Assembly (NCBI GenBank): GCA_038239145.1
Contig: JBBSFB010000009.1
Location: forward strand, 6,206 to 70,205
Direction: 5' to 3'
DNA length: 64,000 nucleotides
Origin: Acidimicrobiia bacterium
GTDB lineage: Bacteria; Actinomycetota; Acidimicrobiia; IMCC26256; PALSA-610
A program made the translations under genes and the position numbers. This document shows, piece after piece, positions 11,761-20,879 of the stretch. A model generated the notes under the pieces. That model worked only from the letters and a program-made list of their open reading frames with translations. It did not search any database and was not told the DNA's origin. Numbering within the stretch: position 1 is the stretch's first letter; every line of letters starts with the position of its first letter.

Positions 11761-14700
11761 CCGGCGGATGGTACCTGCGCCGCTTCCACGCGCCCGGTCT
11801 GCCCCTCGCCCGCTTCCGGCGGGCTGATCGCGTCGAGCAACCTGAGCAATGCCTGGGCGATCGACATCCCTCCGCTCGCGGTCACCGGCACCACCACCGC
11901 GTCGGGCAGGATCTGCGCCGCGCCGATCATGCGTTGCAACCGGACTTCCTGCGACTTGAGGAGATGCCAACCGTCGAGCCGGGCCCGACCCTTCTGCACC
12001 GACACCGCCCGGATTCCGAGCCGGAGGCACGCGGCGCGCAGCCGGGCCACGTCGAGCAGCGCCAGCGCGGGGGGCGGCGGCGGCCCGTAACGGTCCTCCC
12101 ACTCCGCCTTCACGTCCTCGACGTCGGCGGGAGTGGTGACCGCGGCCAGCCGCCGGTACGCCTCCATCCTCACGTCGTCGCGAGCGAGGTAGCTGTCGGG
12201 GAGGTGAGCGGTGACGGGGAGGTCGATTTGCACTTCGGCCGGGTGGTCGCGGATCTCGCCGGTCAGCTCCCCGACCGCCTCGGTCACCATCTCGACGTAG
12301 AGGTCGAAGCCGACCGCGGCAATGTGCCCCGACTGCTCCGCGCCGAGCAGGTTGCCCGCGCCGCGGATCTCGAGGTCGCGCATCGCGATCTTGAAACCGG
12401 AACCGAGATCCGTGAACTCGCCGATTGTCTTCAACCGCTCGTACGCTTGCTCACTCAGGGATCGATCGGGCGGATACAGCAGGTACGCGTACGCGCGCTG
12501 ACCGCGCCGTCCGACCCGGCCCCGCAGTTGGTAGAGCTGTGACAGGCCGAGCATGTCGGCCCGGTCCACCACGAGCGTGTTGACGGTCGGCATGTCGAGA
12601 CCGCTCTCGACGATCGTCGTGCACACGAGCACGTCGTACTCGTGGTCCCAGAACTCTTGCACCACGCGTTCGAGCCGGTTCTCGTCGAGCTGGCCGTGCG
12701 CGATCGCGACGCGTGCCTCGGGTACGAGCCGCTGCAGATCGTCGGCGACGTGGGCGATGTCGTGCACGCGGTTGTGCACGAACAGCACCTGGCCCTCTCG
12801 CAGCATCTCCCGCCGGATCGCCTCCGACACCGCGCGCTCGTCGAGCTCACCGACGTACGTGAGGATCGGTTGGCGATCCTCGGGAGGCGTGTTCACGAGC
12901 GAGAGATCGCGAATACCCGTCAGCGACATCTCGAGCGTGCGGGGAATCGGCGTGGCGGTGAGAGTGAGCACGTCGACGTTAGCCCGGAACTCCTTGATCC
13001 GCTCCTTGTGCTGCACGCCGAAACGCTGTTCCTCGTCGACGACGAGCAGACCGACGTCCTTGAAGGCGATGTCGGCGCCGAGCAACCGGTGCGTGCCGAT
13101 GACGATGTCGACGGTGCCGTCGTTGAGGCCCTTCACGACGTCGTGTTGTTCCTTGGCGGTCAAAAAGCGCGAGAGCACCTCCACCCGCACCGGATAGTTG
13201 GCAAAGCGCTCACGGAAAGTCTGGCCGTGCTGGCTCGCGAGCAGGGTCGTGGGCACGAGGATCGCGACCTGCTTACCGTCGAATACGGCCTTGGCCGCCG
13301 CCCGCAACGCAACCTCGGTCTTGCCGTAACCGACGTCGCCGCAGATGAGGCGGTCCATCGGCACCGCCCGCTCCATGTCGGCCTTCGTCTCGACGATCGC
13401 CTTGGCCTGGTCGGGCGTCTCCTCGTACGGGAACGCCTCTTCGATCTGGTGTTGGAACGGTGTATCGGGCCCGAACACGTGACCGACCGTCGCAAGCCGG
13501 CGCCGGTACAACACGACGAGCTCGCCCGCGATGTCGCGCACGGCCTTGCGCACCTTGGCCCGCGTCTTGTCCCAGTCGGCACCGCCCATCTTCGAGAGCT
13601 TCGGTTCCTCACCGCCCGTGTACTTGCGGATCAGCCCGATGTCCTCGGAGTCGACGTAGACGCGGTCACCACCCTTGAACTCGACGACGAGACGGTCCCG
13701 CGTGACACCGAACATCTCCTTCGTCTCCATGCCGTGATACCGGCCGACACCGTGCACGCGATGCACGACGAAGTCGCCGACGGTCAGGCCTTCGTAGTGG
13801 TCGAGCCCCTTGCGCGCCCCGCGCGCCCGGCGGTGCACACGCCGGCGCCCGGTGAGGTCGGCTTCCGCGACGAACGCGACCTGTTGCGCGGGCAACACCG
13901 CGCCGCGGTCGAGGGGCGCGACGACGATGTGGATGCCCGGGCTGCGCAGGACCGCGCCGGAGTCGGGAACACTCGCAATGCGATCGACGAGCACGCCTTC
14001 GTCGGAGAGGATCTGTTCGATCCGATCCGCGCTCCCGCTCCCCTCCGCCGCGATGAAGACCTTGTAGCCATCGCGCTTCAGCGCGTTGAGGCGCTGCGCG
14101 AGCGCGTCTGCGTCCCCGACGACGGGGTCGAAGGCACTCGCGGCGAGGATCGGCGTCTCGGGCGAATCCGGCACTGCGAGCATCGGAACCGGTTGCGCCT
14201 TCGTGTGCGCGAGCAGGCGATCGAAGGAAAGCGAGAGGCGCGGGGTGTCGTCCTCATCGACCTGCGCACCCCAGGTGGTCGCGAGTGTCTGCGCGAGCGC
14301 CGCTTCCTCGTCGAGCAACTCCTGGGCCCGGTCGCGGAGTCGCCTCGGCTCGATGATCACGATCAGCGCGGAGGCGGGCAACAGATCGGGCAGGAGCCGC
14401 TCGTCGGACGTGAGCCAGGGCAACCACGACTCCATGCCGTCGAAGGTGTTGCCCTCGGCGAGCCGCTCCCACTGCTCGCGGCCCCACGGTTGGGTCTGCA
14501 ACAGCCCGCGCGCCCGGGCCCGCACCTCGTCGGTCGGCAACAGCTCGCGCACGGGAAAGATCCACGCCTCGTCGATCTCGGCCGACGAACGCTGATCCGA
14601 CACCGAGAAATGCGAGAGCCGGTCGACCTCGTCGCCCCAGAGATCGATCCGGACGGGATGGTCGGCCGTGGCCGGGTACACGTCGACGATCGAGCCCCGC

Positions 14701-15230
14701 ACTGCGACTTCGCCCCGCGCTTCCACCTGGTACTCGCGGCGGTACCCGATGGTGACGAGCCGGGCGACGAGCTCGTCGCGGTCGATCTGCGCGCCCTTGC
14801 GCACCACGACCGGCTCGAAGTCTTCGACGTGCGGGCCCAGGCGTTGCACGAGCGCGCGCACCGGGGCGACGATCGCGCGGGGCAGGTGCTCGCCGCCGAC
14901 GCGCAGGCGCCAGATGACCCGCAAACGCCGACCCATCGTCTCGGTCGCGGGCGACACCCGCTCGAACGGGAGCGTCTCCCACGCGGGGAACAGCTCCACC
15001 TCGTCGTCGCCCAGGAACTCCCGCAGATCGGCGGCGATGCGCTCGGCTTCGACCCCGGTCGGGACCGCCACCACGATCGGTCGGCGGGCGGTGGAGCGGG
15101 CCAACGTGGCCGCGAACAGGGCCCGGGCGGGCTCGGGCACCGCGACCGCGCGCGCAAGCCCGCCGGTCGCGGCGGCGACGGCAGGATCGTCGGCGAAAAG
15201 GGTCGTGAGCCCGGCGAGAGTGGGAGGCAT
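11757..15230 (-). CDS. mfd: transcription-repair coupling factor
   Basis: 1157 aa with superfamily-2 helicase motifs (GDVGYGKTEVALRAA, DEEQRFG, TATPIPRT), CarD-like segment FVVHRVHGVGRY and a TRCF C-terminal domain. Confidence 0.98.
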   Translation of the reverse strand: MPPTLAGLTTLFADDPAVAAATGGLARAVAVPEPARALFAATLARSTARRPIVVAVPTGVEAERIAADLREFLGDDEVELFPAWETLPFERVSPATETMGRRLRVIWRLRVGGEHLPRAIVAPVRALVQRLGPHVEDFEPVVVRKGAQIDRDELVARLVTIGYRREYQVEARGEVAVRGSIVDVYPATADHPVRIDLWGDEVDRLSHFSVSDQRSSAEIDEAWIFPVRELLPTDEVRARARGLLQTQPWGREQWERLAEGNTFDGMESWLPWLTSDERLLPDLLPASALIVIIEPRRLRDRAQELLDEEAALAQTLATTWGAQVDEDDTPRLSLSFDRLLAHTKAQPVPMLAVPDSPETPILAASAFDPVVGDADALAQRLNALKRDGYKVFIAAEGSGSADRIEQILSDEGVLVDRIASVPDSGAVLRSPGIHIVVAPLDRGAVLPAQQVAFVAEADLTGRRRVHRRARGARKGLDHYEGLTVGDFVVHRVHGVGRYHGMETKEMFGVTRDRLVVEFKGGDRVYVDSEDIGLIRKYTGGEEPKLSKMGGADWDKTRAKVRKAVRDIAGELVVLYRRRLATVGHVFGPDTPFQHQIEEAFPYEETPDQAKAIVETKADMERAVPMDRLICGDVGYGKTEVALRAAAKAVFDGKQVAILVPTTLLASQHGQTFRERFANYPVRVEVLSRFLTAKEQHDVVKGLNDGTVDIVIGTHRLLGADIAFKDVGLLVVDEEQRFGVQHKERIKEFRANVDVLTLTATPIPRTLEMSLTGIRDLSLVNTPPEDRQPILTYVGELDERAVSEAIRREMLREGQVLFVHNRVHDIAHVADDLQRLVPEARVAIAHGQLDENRLERVVQEFWDHEYDVLVCTTIVESGLDMPTVNTLVVDRADMLGLSQLYQLRGRVGRRGQRAYAYLLYPPDRSLSEQAYERLKTIGEFTDLGSGFKIAMRDLEIRGAGNLLGAEQSGHIAAVGFDLYVEMVTEAVGELTGEIRDHPAEVQIDLPVTAHLPDSYLARDDVRMEAYRRLAAVTTPADVEDVKAEWEDRYGPPPPPALALLDVARLRAACLRLGIRAVSVQKGRARLDGWHLLKSQEVRLQRMIGAAQILPDAVVVPVTASGGMSIAQALLRLLDAISPPEAGEGQTGRVEAAQVPSAG

Positions 15231-15287
15231 GAGCGCGCGTTCTACCCGGGAACGCAGACGCGCCCCGGGTCCCCTCAGCGTAGACCC

Positions 15288-15361
15288 GAAAACTCCACCA
15301 ACAGTTGTCAGACTTTTCCGCGCATGGTGCGGATATCTCCGACAACTGTTGGTGGAGAAAT
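15288..15361. repeat. nested-hairpin intergenic element, copy A (probable intrinsic terminator of pth on the minus strand)
   Basis: Perfect 17-bp inverted repeat CTCCACCAACAGTTGTC (15293-15309) / GACAACTGTTGGTGGAG (15341-15357) enclosing an inner hairpin CCGCGCAtgGTGCGG (15318-15332). On the minus strand the stem is followed by TTTTC. A second, related copy lies at 27915-27985. Confidence 0.7.
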
Positions 15362-15367
15362 CCGGGG

Positions 15368-15955
15368 TCAGTCGGGGTCGGGGGTACGGGCGTTGTAGCG
15401 GTTCATCGCCACGTCGACACCGTCGCTCACGATCAGCTCGACCGCGTCGGCAGCCTCTTCGATCGTGACGTCCATCGACTCGCGGTCGCGCTTGGAGACT
15501 CGGGACAGCACGTGATCGGCGCCCCGCTCCTTCGACGGCGGCTTCCCCACGCCGATGCGCACCCGGAGGAACGCGTCGGTGTGCAGGTGCTGCTTGATCG
15601 AGCGCAACCCGTTGTGTCCGGCGAGCCCACCGCCCACCTTCACCCGCAGTACCGCGGGCGGGAGGTCGAGCTCGTCGTGCACGATCACGATCTGCTCGGG
15701 CTCGACGCCGAGGCGTCGCACCAGCCCGGCCACGGCCTCGCCCGAGTCGTTCATGTACGTGAGCGGGATCGCGAGCGCGACCCGTTTGGAACCCATTCGG
15801 ACCTCGTCGCTACGGGCGCGCCCCTTCGATCCGTGCAGCTTGGCGCCGTGCCGGCGCGCCAGGAGCTCGACGACCTCGGCGCCCACGTTGTGACGCGTAC
15901 GCGCGTACTCGCCGCCGGGATTGCCGAGCCCGACCACCAAGAGGTCGACGGGCAC
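15368..15955 (-). CDS. pth: peptidyl-tRNA hydrolase
   Basis: 195 aa; LVVGLGNPGGEYARTRHNVG, HDELDL and GHNGLRS motifs. GTG start. Confidence 0.95.
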   Translation of the reverse strand: MPVDLLVVGLGNPGGEYARTRHNVGAEVVELLARRHGAKLHGSKGRARSDEVRMGSKRVALAIPLTYMNDSGEAVAGLVRRLGVEPEQIVIVHDELDLPPAVLRVKVGGGLAGHNGLRSIKQHLHTDAFLRVRIGVGKPPSKERGADHVLSRVSKRDRESMDVTIEEAADAVELIVSDGVDVAMNRYNARTPDPD

Positions 15956-15964
15956 CGGTTGTCG

Positions 15965-16612
15965 CTACTCCCCGGACGGTGCCTCGGCCGGCGCAGCGCC
16001 GGGTTCGGCGGTCGCACCTTCCGCAGCTTCGCCTTCGGCACCTTCGGCCACCTCGGCGACACGAGGCGCGGAGATCTGCGCGACGAGCTCGTCGGGGTTC
16101 TGCAGCACGGTCACGCCGTTCGGGACGATGAGGTCACGCACATAGACCTGGCCACCGATCTCGAGCGCACTGACGTCGTGCTCGATCGACGGCGGGAAGT
16201 CGGCGGGCTTGGCCTCGACCGTGAGCGTGTGGACGAGCTGTTCGAGCACGCCGCCGCGCACTGCCCCTTCGGCTTCGCCGACGAGGTGGACGGGGATTTC
16301 GGCCTGGATCGTCTGGTCGGCGCGTACCCGCACGAAGTCGACGTGGATCACGGTGCCCTGCACGGGGTGGCGTTGCAGCTCACGGGCGATGGCAAGCTCT
16401 TCGGTGCCGTCGATGTTGAGCGTGATCAGCGTGTTCATACCGCTGCCGCCCGAGAGGATCTTGACCAGCTCGCGCTGGTTGACCGCGACGGAAATGTTGT
16501 CGACGCCGAGGCCGTAGACAACCGCGGGAACAAGGCCCTCCCGGCGAACCCGGCCCGCGGGGCGTTTGCCACGGGCGGGACGGGTTTCTGCGATGAGCGT
16601 GGCATCAGCCAT
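15965..16612 (-). CDS. rplY: 50S ribosomal protein L25 / general stress protein Ctc
   Basis: 215 aa; RRxGxVPAVVYG-type N-terminus (RVRREGLVPAVVYG), a beta-barrel region and an acidic/Ala-rich tail. Adjacent to pth, as is usual. Confidence 0.93.
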   Translation of the reverse strand: MADATLIAETRPARGKRPAGRVRREGLVPAVVYGLGVDNISVAVNQRELVKILSGGSGMNTLITLNIDGTEELAIARELQRHPVQGTVIHVDFVRVRADQTIQAEIPVHLVGEAEGAVRGGVLEQLVHTLTVEAKPADFPPSIEHDVSALEIGGQVYVRDLIVPNGVTVLQNPDELVAQISAPRVAEVAEGAEGEAAEGATAEPGAAPAEAPSGE

Positions 16613-16686
16613 GGCGCGTCAATCCTTCTGAGACGAAACGGTGAACGGGAGAGTCTCGCGCAATCCCGGCCCCCGGCGAGAATCCC

Positions 16687-17373
16687 CTAGATCAGGCTCT
16701 GATCGAACGAGTTGGGGATCTGGGCCGGTGGGGAGCCCACCACGATCGCGATCTCCTTGAGATTGCTCAGGGGGACGGTCGTGGGGTCTCCGGCGAATTT
16801 CGTTCCGTTCACGTAGACGGCCACCGGCGTGGCGGGCTCGCAGTACGAAGCGAAGCACGTGTTGGTGAGACGGACGTTCCACTCGATGAACAGTTGCCCG
16901 AGGGTGTTGTCCTTCTTCGTCGACGACTCGGTGTGGAGCACCCCGGTGACGTCGTGGGTGTGCAACGGCGAGATGCACGCCTGCGCGCACGGGACCGCGA
17001 TCCCACCGTACGACTTGAACGGGCCCGCCGCGAACGTGTGCACGCCCGGGTTGGTGATGTCGATGCCGAGGCCGGCCGGGACGATGACGTGCTTGCCGTT
17101 CACGAACACGTCGAGATGCGAGTGCACGTGGTAATGCAGCTGTTCGGCGTCCTCGGGGACGAGCCCGGCTTTCCTGGCCAGCGCCATCGGGTCCGACGGC
17201 GCCGGATACGGAGCGGGATCGCTCACGGCCGGCGCAGACGCAGTGATCGTGGTCGTTCCCGAACCGCCGCCGCTCTTCTTCGAGGAGCTGCACGCGGCGA
17301 GCGCGACTGCGATCACGATCGCCGCGAGCAGGGAGGCAACGGTGCGTGTACTCACGCGCCGGCTCTGCATCAC
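16687..17373 (-). CDS. secreted lipoprotein, His-rich (function unknown)
   Basis: Signal peptide plus lipobox (LLAAIVIAVALAAC), then HYHVHSHLDVFVNGKHV...CISPLHTHDVTGVLHTE. It occupies the slot between rplY and prs that holds a lipoprotein (LpqT) in mycobacteria (from memory). Its start overlaps the prs stop. Confidence 0.7.
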   Translation of the reverse strand: MMQSRRVSTRTVASLLAAIVIAVALAACSSSKKSGGGSGTTTITASAPAVSDPAPYPAPSDPMALARKAGLVPEDAEQLHYHVHSHLDVFVNGKHVIVPAGLGIDITNPGVHTFAAGPFKSYGGIAVPCAQACISPLHTHDVTGVLHTESSTKKDNTLGQLFIEWNVRLTNTCFASYCEPATPVAVYVNGTKFAGDPTTVPLSNLKEIAIVVGSPPAQIPNSFDQSLI

Positions 17374-18338
17374 ATGTTGTCGCCGCCGAAGAGCTCGCTG
17401 ACCGAGCCATCTTCGAACACGGCGTCGATCGCTTCGGCGAGCAGCGGTGCGATGGAGAGCACCCGCAGCGTGTCGAAGCGTTTGTCGTCGGGAATCGGAA
17501 CCGTGTTGGTCACGACGACCTCACGGACCGGCCCGTTCTTCAACCGGTCGACGGCCGGGCCTGAGAGGAGCCCGTGCGTCGCCGCGATGTAGACCTCGGT
17601 CGCGCCGCGGTCGATGAGCAGATTGGCCGCGCTCACGACCGTCCCCGCAGTGTCGATCATGTCGTCGACGATGATGCAGGTGCGGCCGTCGATGTCGCCG
17701 ACGACCTCGGTCGCGACCGCGACATTGTGGGTGCCCTTGGGCCGGCGCTTGTCGATGAACGCGATATCGGCGCTGAGCCGGTCTGCGAACCGGCGGGCGA
17801 GCTTGCCGCCACCGGCATCCGGGGCGACTATCACCGCGTCGCCGACCACGTTCTGCTTCAGGTACTCCGCGATGACGGGGACCGCGGTGAGGTGATCGAC
17901 CGGGAAATCGAAGAAGCCCTGGATCTGACCGGTGTGCAGGTCGACGGTCACGACCCGGTCGGCGCCCGCCGCGGTTAGCATGTCGGCGACGAGCCGCGCA
18001 GTGATCGGCTCGCGACCCTCGGCCTTGCGGTCCTGACGCGCGTATCCGTAGAAGGGACACACCGCGGTGATGCGCTTCGCCGACGCGCGCTTGGCCGCGT
18101 CGATCATGATCAGCTGCTCCATGAGCAGATCGTTGATCGAGCCGCCGTGAGTTTGGAACACGAACACGTCGGCGCTGCGGATGTTTTCTCCGTACCGGCA
18201 GTAGATCTCGCCGTTCGCGAACGTCGAGAGCACGCATTCGCCGAGCGGGATCTTCAGGTGCTCGGCGACCTCGTTCGACAAATGCGTGTGACCGCGACCC
18301 GCCACGAGAATCAAGCGCTTCTTGGTCAGCACCTCCAT
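17370..18338 (-). CDS. prs: ribose-phosphate pyrophosphokinase
   Basis: 322 aa; PYYGYARQDRK-like FYGYARQDRK, the DLH motif, and the PRPP-binding loop IIVDDMIDTAGT. Confidence 0.97.
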   Translation of the reverse strand: MEVLTKKRLILVAGRGHTHLSNEVAEHLKIPLGECVLSTFANGEIYCRYGENIRSADVFVFQTHGGSINDLLMEQLIMIDAAKRASAKRITAVCPFYGYARQDRKAEGREPITARLVADMLTAAGADRVVTVDLHTGQIQGFFDFPVDHLTAVPVIAEYLKQNVVGDAVIVAPDAGGGKLARRFADRLSADIAFIDKRRPKGTHNVAVATEVVGDIDGRTCIIVDDMIDTAGTVVSAANLLIDRGATEVYIAATHGLLSGPAVDRLKNGPVREVVVTNTVPIPDDKRFDTLRVLSIAPLLAEAIDAVFEDGSVSELFGGDNM

Positions 18339-19732
18339 CAGTCGCCATCCTCGCGCGTGGGGCGTACGTCGCGCGCCGGGTTCCCGCGCACGTGGCGGCC
18401 GGAGGGCACGTCGTGGGTGACGACCGCGCCCGCACCCGTGTCGGCATCGTCACCGAGCTCGACCGGAGCGATGAGGGAGGTGTGTATGCCGGTGTGGGAC
18501 CCATCGCCGATCTTGGTGCGGTGCTTGTTGCGGCCGTCGTAGTTGGCCGTGATCGTGCCGGCGCCGAGATTCACACCCGCGCCGACGTCGGCGTCACCGA
18601 TGTAGGAGAGGTGCGGAACCTTGGTTCCCTCGCCGATCTCGGAGTTCTTCACTTCGACGTAGGTACCGACTTTCACGCCCATGGCCAGGCGCGTTCCCGG
18701 TCGCACGTACGCGAACGGCCCGATCTCGCAGTCGTCGCCGATCTCACATTCACGGGCCACGGTGTTCGTGATACGTGTGCCCTCGCCGACCACAACATCG
18801 GTCAGGCGACAGTCAGGTCCGACGATGGAGCCCGTGCCGACGACCGTGCGCCCTTCCAGGATCGTGCCGGGCAGGAGCCTCACATCGGGTTCGAGCTCGA
18901 CGCCGGCGTCGATGTACGTGCGGGACGGGTCGACCATCGTGACGCCGGAACGCATCCACCCGCGGTTGATCCGGCGGCGCAGCTCGGCCTCGGCTTCGGC
19001 GAGCTCGGCCCGGTCGTTGACCATGATCGCTTCGCCGGGATCGTCGGCCTCGAGCGCGACCACGTTGTGGCCGGCCTGACGGAGCACCGAGATCGCGTCG
19101 GTCAGGTAGTACTCGCCCTGGGCGTTCTCCGGGCTGAGTCGGCGCAGTGCGGGCGCGAGCAGGCCTCGGCGGAAGCAGTAGATCGAGGTGTTGATCTCGC
19201 GGATCTCGCGTTGTTCCTCAGTGGCGTCGGCGTGCTCGACGACGCTCGCCACTCGGCCGTCCTTGCCCCGCAGCACCCGGCCGAGCCCGGTCGGGTCGGC
19301 GACGGTCGCGGTCAGGATCGCGGCGGCCGCATCCTGGACACGCTGCTCGGTCGCGAGCCGGGCGATGGTCTCGGCCCGCACGAGGGGCGCGTCACTCGGG
19401 AGCACGAGGATGTCGTCTTCGGCATCGAGGTCGTCGAAGACCGTGAGCGCGACACTCACCGCATCGCCGGTTCCCCGCTGCACACGCTGCTCGACGAACT
19501 CGACGGGAACTTCGGTGACGAGCTGGTCCTGCAAGGTCTTGGTGACCCGCTCGGCCGCGTGCCCGACCACGACGACGATCCGCTCGAGCGGCAGCTCGGC
19601 AAGCGCGTCGATGACGTGCAGCACCATCGGTCGACCACACAGCGGATGCAGCACCTTCGGGGTACCCGAACGCATCCGTGTTCCCTCGCCGGCCGCGAGG
19701 ACGACGGCGCTCAAGGCTCGGTACTGCTTCAT
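18338..19732 (-). CDS. glmU: bifunctional UDP-N-acetylglucosamine diphosphorylase / glucosamine-1-phosphate N-acetyltransferase
   Basis: 464 aa; N-terminal LAAGEGTRMRS nucleotidyltransferase motif and a C-terminal left-handed beta-helix of hexapeptide repeats. Confidence 0.97.
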   Translation of the reverse strand: MKQYRALSAVVLAAGEGTRMRSGTPKVLHPLCGRPMVLHVIDALAELPLERIVVVVGHAAERVTKTLQDQLVTEVPVEFVEQRVQRGTGDAVSVALTVFDDLDAEDDILVLPSDAPLVRAETIARLATEQRVQDAAAAILTATVADPTGLGRVLRGKDGRVASVVEHADATEEQREIREINTSIYCFRRGLLAPALRRLSPENAQGEYYLTDAISVLRQAGHNVVALEADDPGEAIMVNDRAELAEAEAELRRRINRGWMRSGVTMVDPSRTYIDAGVELEPDVRLLPGTILEGRTVVGTGSIVGPDCRLTDVVVGEGTRITNTVARECEIGDDCEIGPFAYVRPGTRLAMGVKVGTYVEVKNSEIGEGTKVPHLSYIGDADVGAGVNLGAGTITANYDGRNKHRTKIGDGSHTGIHTSLIAPVELGDDADTGAGAVVTHDVPSGRHVRGNPARDVRPTREDGD

Positions 19733-19755
19733 ATGCGGTTACCTCTTCCCTAGGG

Positions 19756-19826
19756 CTCGGGGGGAAGGTTTCGAACCTTCGCTAAGGGCTTCAAAGGCCC
19801 CTGTGCTGCCGTTACACCACCCCCGA
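19756..19826 (-). tRNA. tRNA-Gln (anticodon UUG); CCA not encoded
   Basis: Hand-folded cloverleaf on the minus strand: acceptor UCGGGGG/CCCCCGA, D stem GUGU/GCAC, anticodon stem GGGGC/GCCCU with loop CUUUGAA (anticodon UUG), 4-nt variable loop, T arm GAAGG-UUCGAAA-CCUUC, discriminator G. Confidence 0.9.
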
Positions 19827-19913
19827 AAACATGACCAATCTACCGAGGTGGACCGGCGCCGAGGACGCCACTGCGGGCCCGTCTCGCGGGTTCTGATACC
19901 GTCGCCCCTCGTC

Positions 19914-20015
19914 ATGGGATCCCTGATCAAGAAGCGCCGCAAGCGCATGCGCAAGAAGAAGCACAAGAAGCTGCTGAAGAAGACCCGCTGGCAGCGTCGT
20001 CAGCAGGGTAAGTAA
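19914..20015 (+). CDS. 30S ribosomal protein bS22 (actinobacterial microprotein, 33 aa)
   Basis: [33 protein letters not shown] closely matches the mycobacterial bS22 sequence as I remember it ([33 protein letters not shown]). It is the tail of track ORF 19188..20015, whose upstream part is a shadow of glmU. Confidence 0.85.
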   Translation: [33 protein letters not shown]

Positions 20016-20020
20016 GCAGC

Positions 20021-20046
20021 GGCCGCCCCTCGCGGGCGGCCGTTTC
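20021..20046 (+). terminator. candidate intrinsic terminator between convergent bS22 and ispE
   Basis: GGCCGCCC-ctcgc-GGGCGGCC (8-bp GC stem, 20021-20041) followed by GTTTC, 6 nt after the bS22 stop. The T-tract is short. Confidence 0.5.
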
Positions 20047-20105
20047 GCGTCCGGACTCCCGAGCTCACGCGTTCGCGGACGCGTCCGAACGGAGCGGGAC
20101 GCAGT

Positions 20106-20879
20106 TCAGGACTGGATCTGGACACCGATCGGACTCGTCGACGCGAGCCAGACGGAGCCCGAGATCGCGGCCGCGACGCGTGACCGCGCCGGCGTGGCAT
20201 CGGCGGCATCCCCGAACACGACCGCGTACGAAGAGCCGCTCCCGGCCAGCACCGCGGGCGCGCCGGCGGCGATCTCGACCTGCTCCTTGAAAGCGGCCAG
20301 GCGAGGTTCGACGTGCTCGGCCGCGACCTGGAGATCATTGGTCTCACCGAGCGGGCCGCCGAGCTCGTCCCACGCCCGGTACACCGCTGGGGTGGCACAG
20401 CCGAACGTCGGCGTCGCGATCACGATCGACAGCGCAGGCAGCTCCCCGCGCTCGAGCACGTCGCCGATGCCGCCGACCCGCGCGTACCCGCCCCGCAGGC
20501 AAAACGGCACGTCGGCCCCGAGCGCGGCCGCGAGCGCAGGATCGCCGTCGAGCGCGAGCAGAACCGCGGCGGCATCGGCCGATCCGCCGCCCAGTCCGGC
20601 GCCGCTCGGGATTCCCTTGTGCAGCGCGATGGCGACGGTCGCGCCGCACGCGTCGGCGGCCCGCCACGCGAGATTCGAGCTGGTGGCGGGTACGCCGTCG
20701 GCGAACGGACCGGTGATCGTCATCGACGTGCGGGCCGCGGGCGTGATCACCAGCGAGTCGTACGGCTCGTCGATGGAGACCATCGTCGCGTCGAGCTCGT
20801 GGTAGCCGTTGACGCGCGTCGCCGTCACGTGCAACGACAGCGTGAGTTTGGCGAACGCTCGCACCCTGACCTCATGCAT
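20106..20879 (-). CDS. ispE: 4-(cytidine 5'-diphospho)-2-C-methyl-D-erythritol kinase
   Basis: 257 aa; AFAKLTLSLHV start and GHMP-kinase motif IPSGAGLGGGSADAAA. Next to rsmA, as in many bacteria. Confidence 0.92.
   Translation of the reverse strand: MHEVRVRAFAKLTLSLHVTATRVNGYHELDATMVSIDEPYDSLVITPAARTSMTITGPFADGVPATSSNLAWRAADACGATVAIALHKGIPSGAGLGGGSADAAAVLLALDGDPALAAALGADVPFCLRGGYARVGGIGDVLERGELPALSIVIATPTFGCATPAVYRAWDELGGPLGETNDLQVAAEHVEPRLAAFKEQVEIAAGAPAVLAGSGSSYAVVFGDAADATPARSRVAAAISGSVWLASTSPIGVQIQS

Noticed and set aside
10627-12102. N-terminal extensions of several track ORFs. Examples: 10627..12102, 9194..10798, 20872..21936, 21672..22559, 24359..25480, 25529..26170, 27993..29105, 46750..47634, 50436..51986 and 57885..59018.
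   Set aside because: The extensions are Arg/Gly/Pro-rich, overlap the upstream gene and precede the point where family similarity, a signal peptide or an SD-linked start begins. Shorter starts were chosen for the feature table.
19733-20105. tRNA-Gln as an integration hotspot for a genomic island or prophage.
   Set aside because: No integrase, no direct repeat of the tRNA 3' end and no compositional shift are visible on either side. The flanking genes (glmU, bS22, ispE) are core genes in conserved order.
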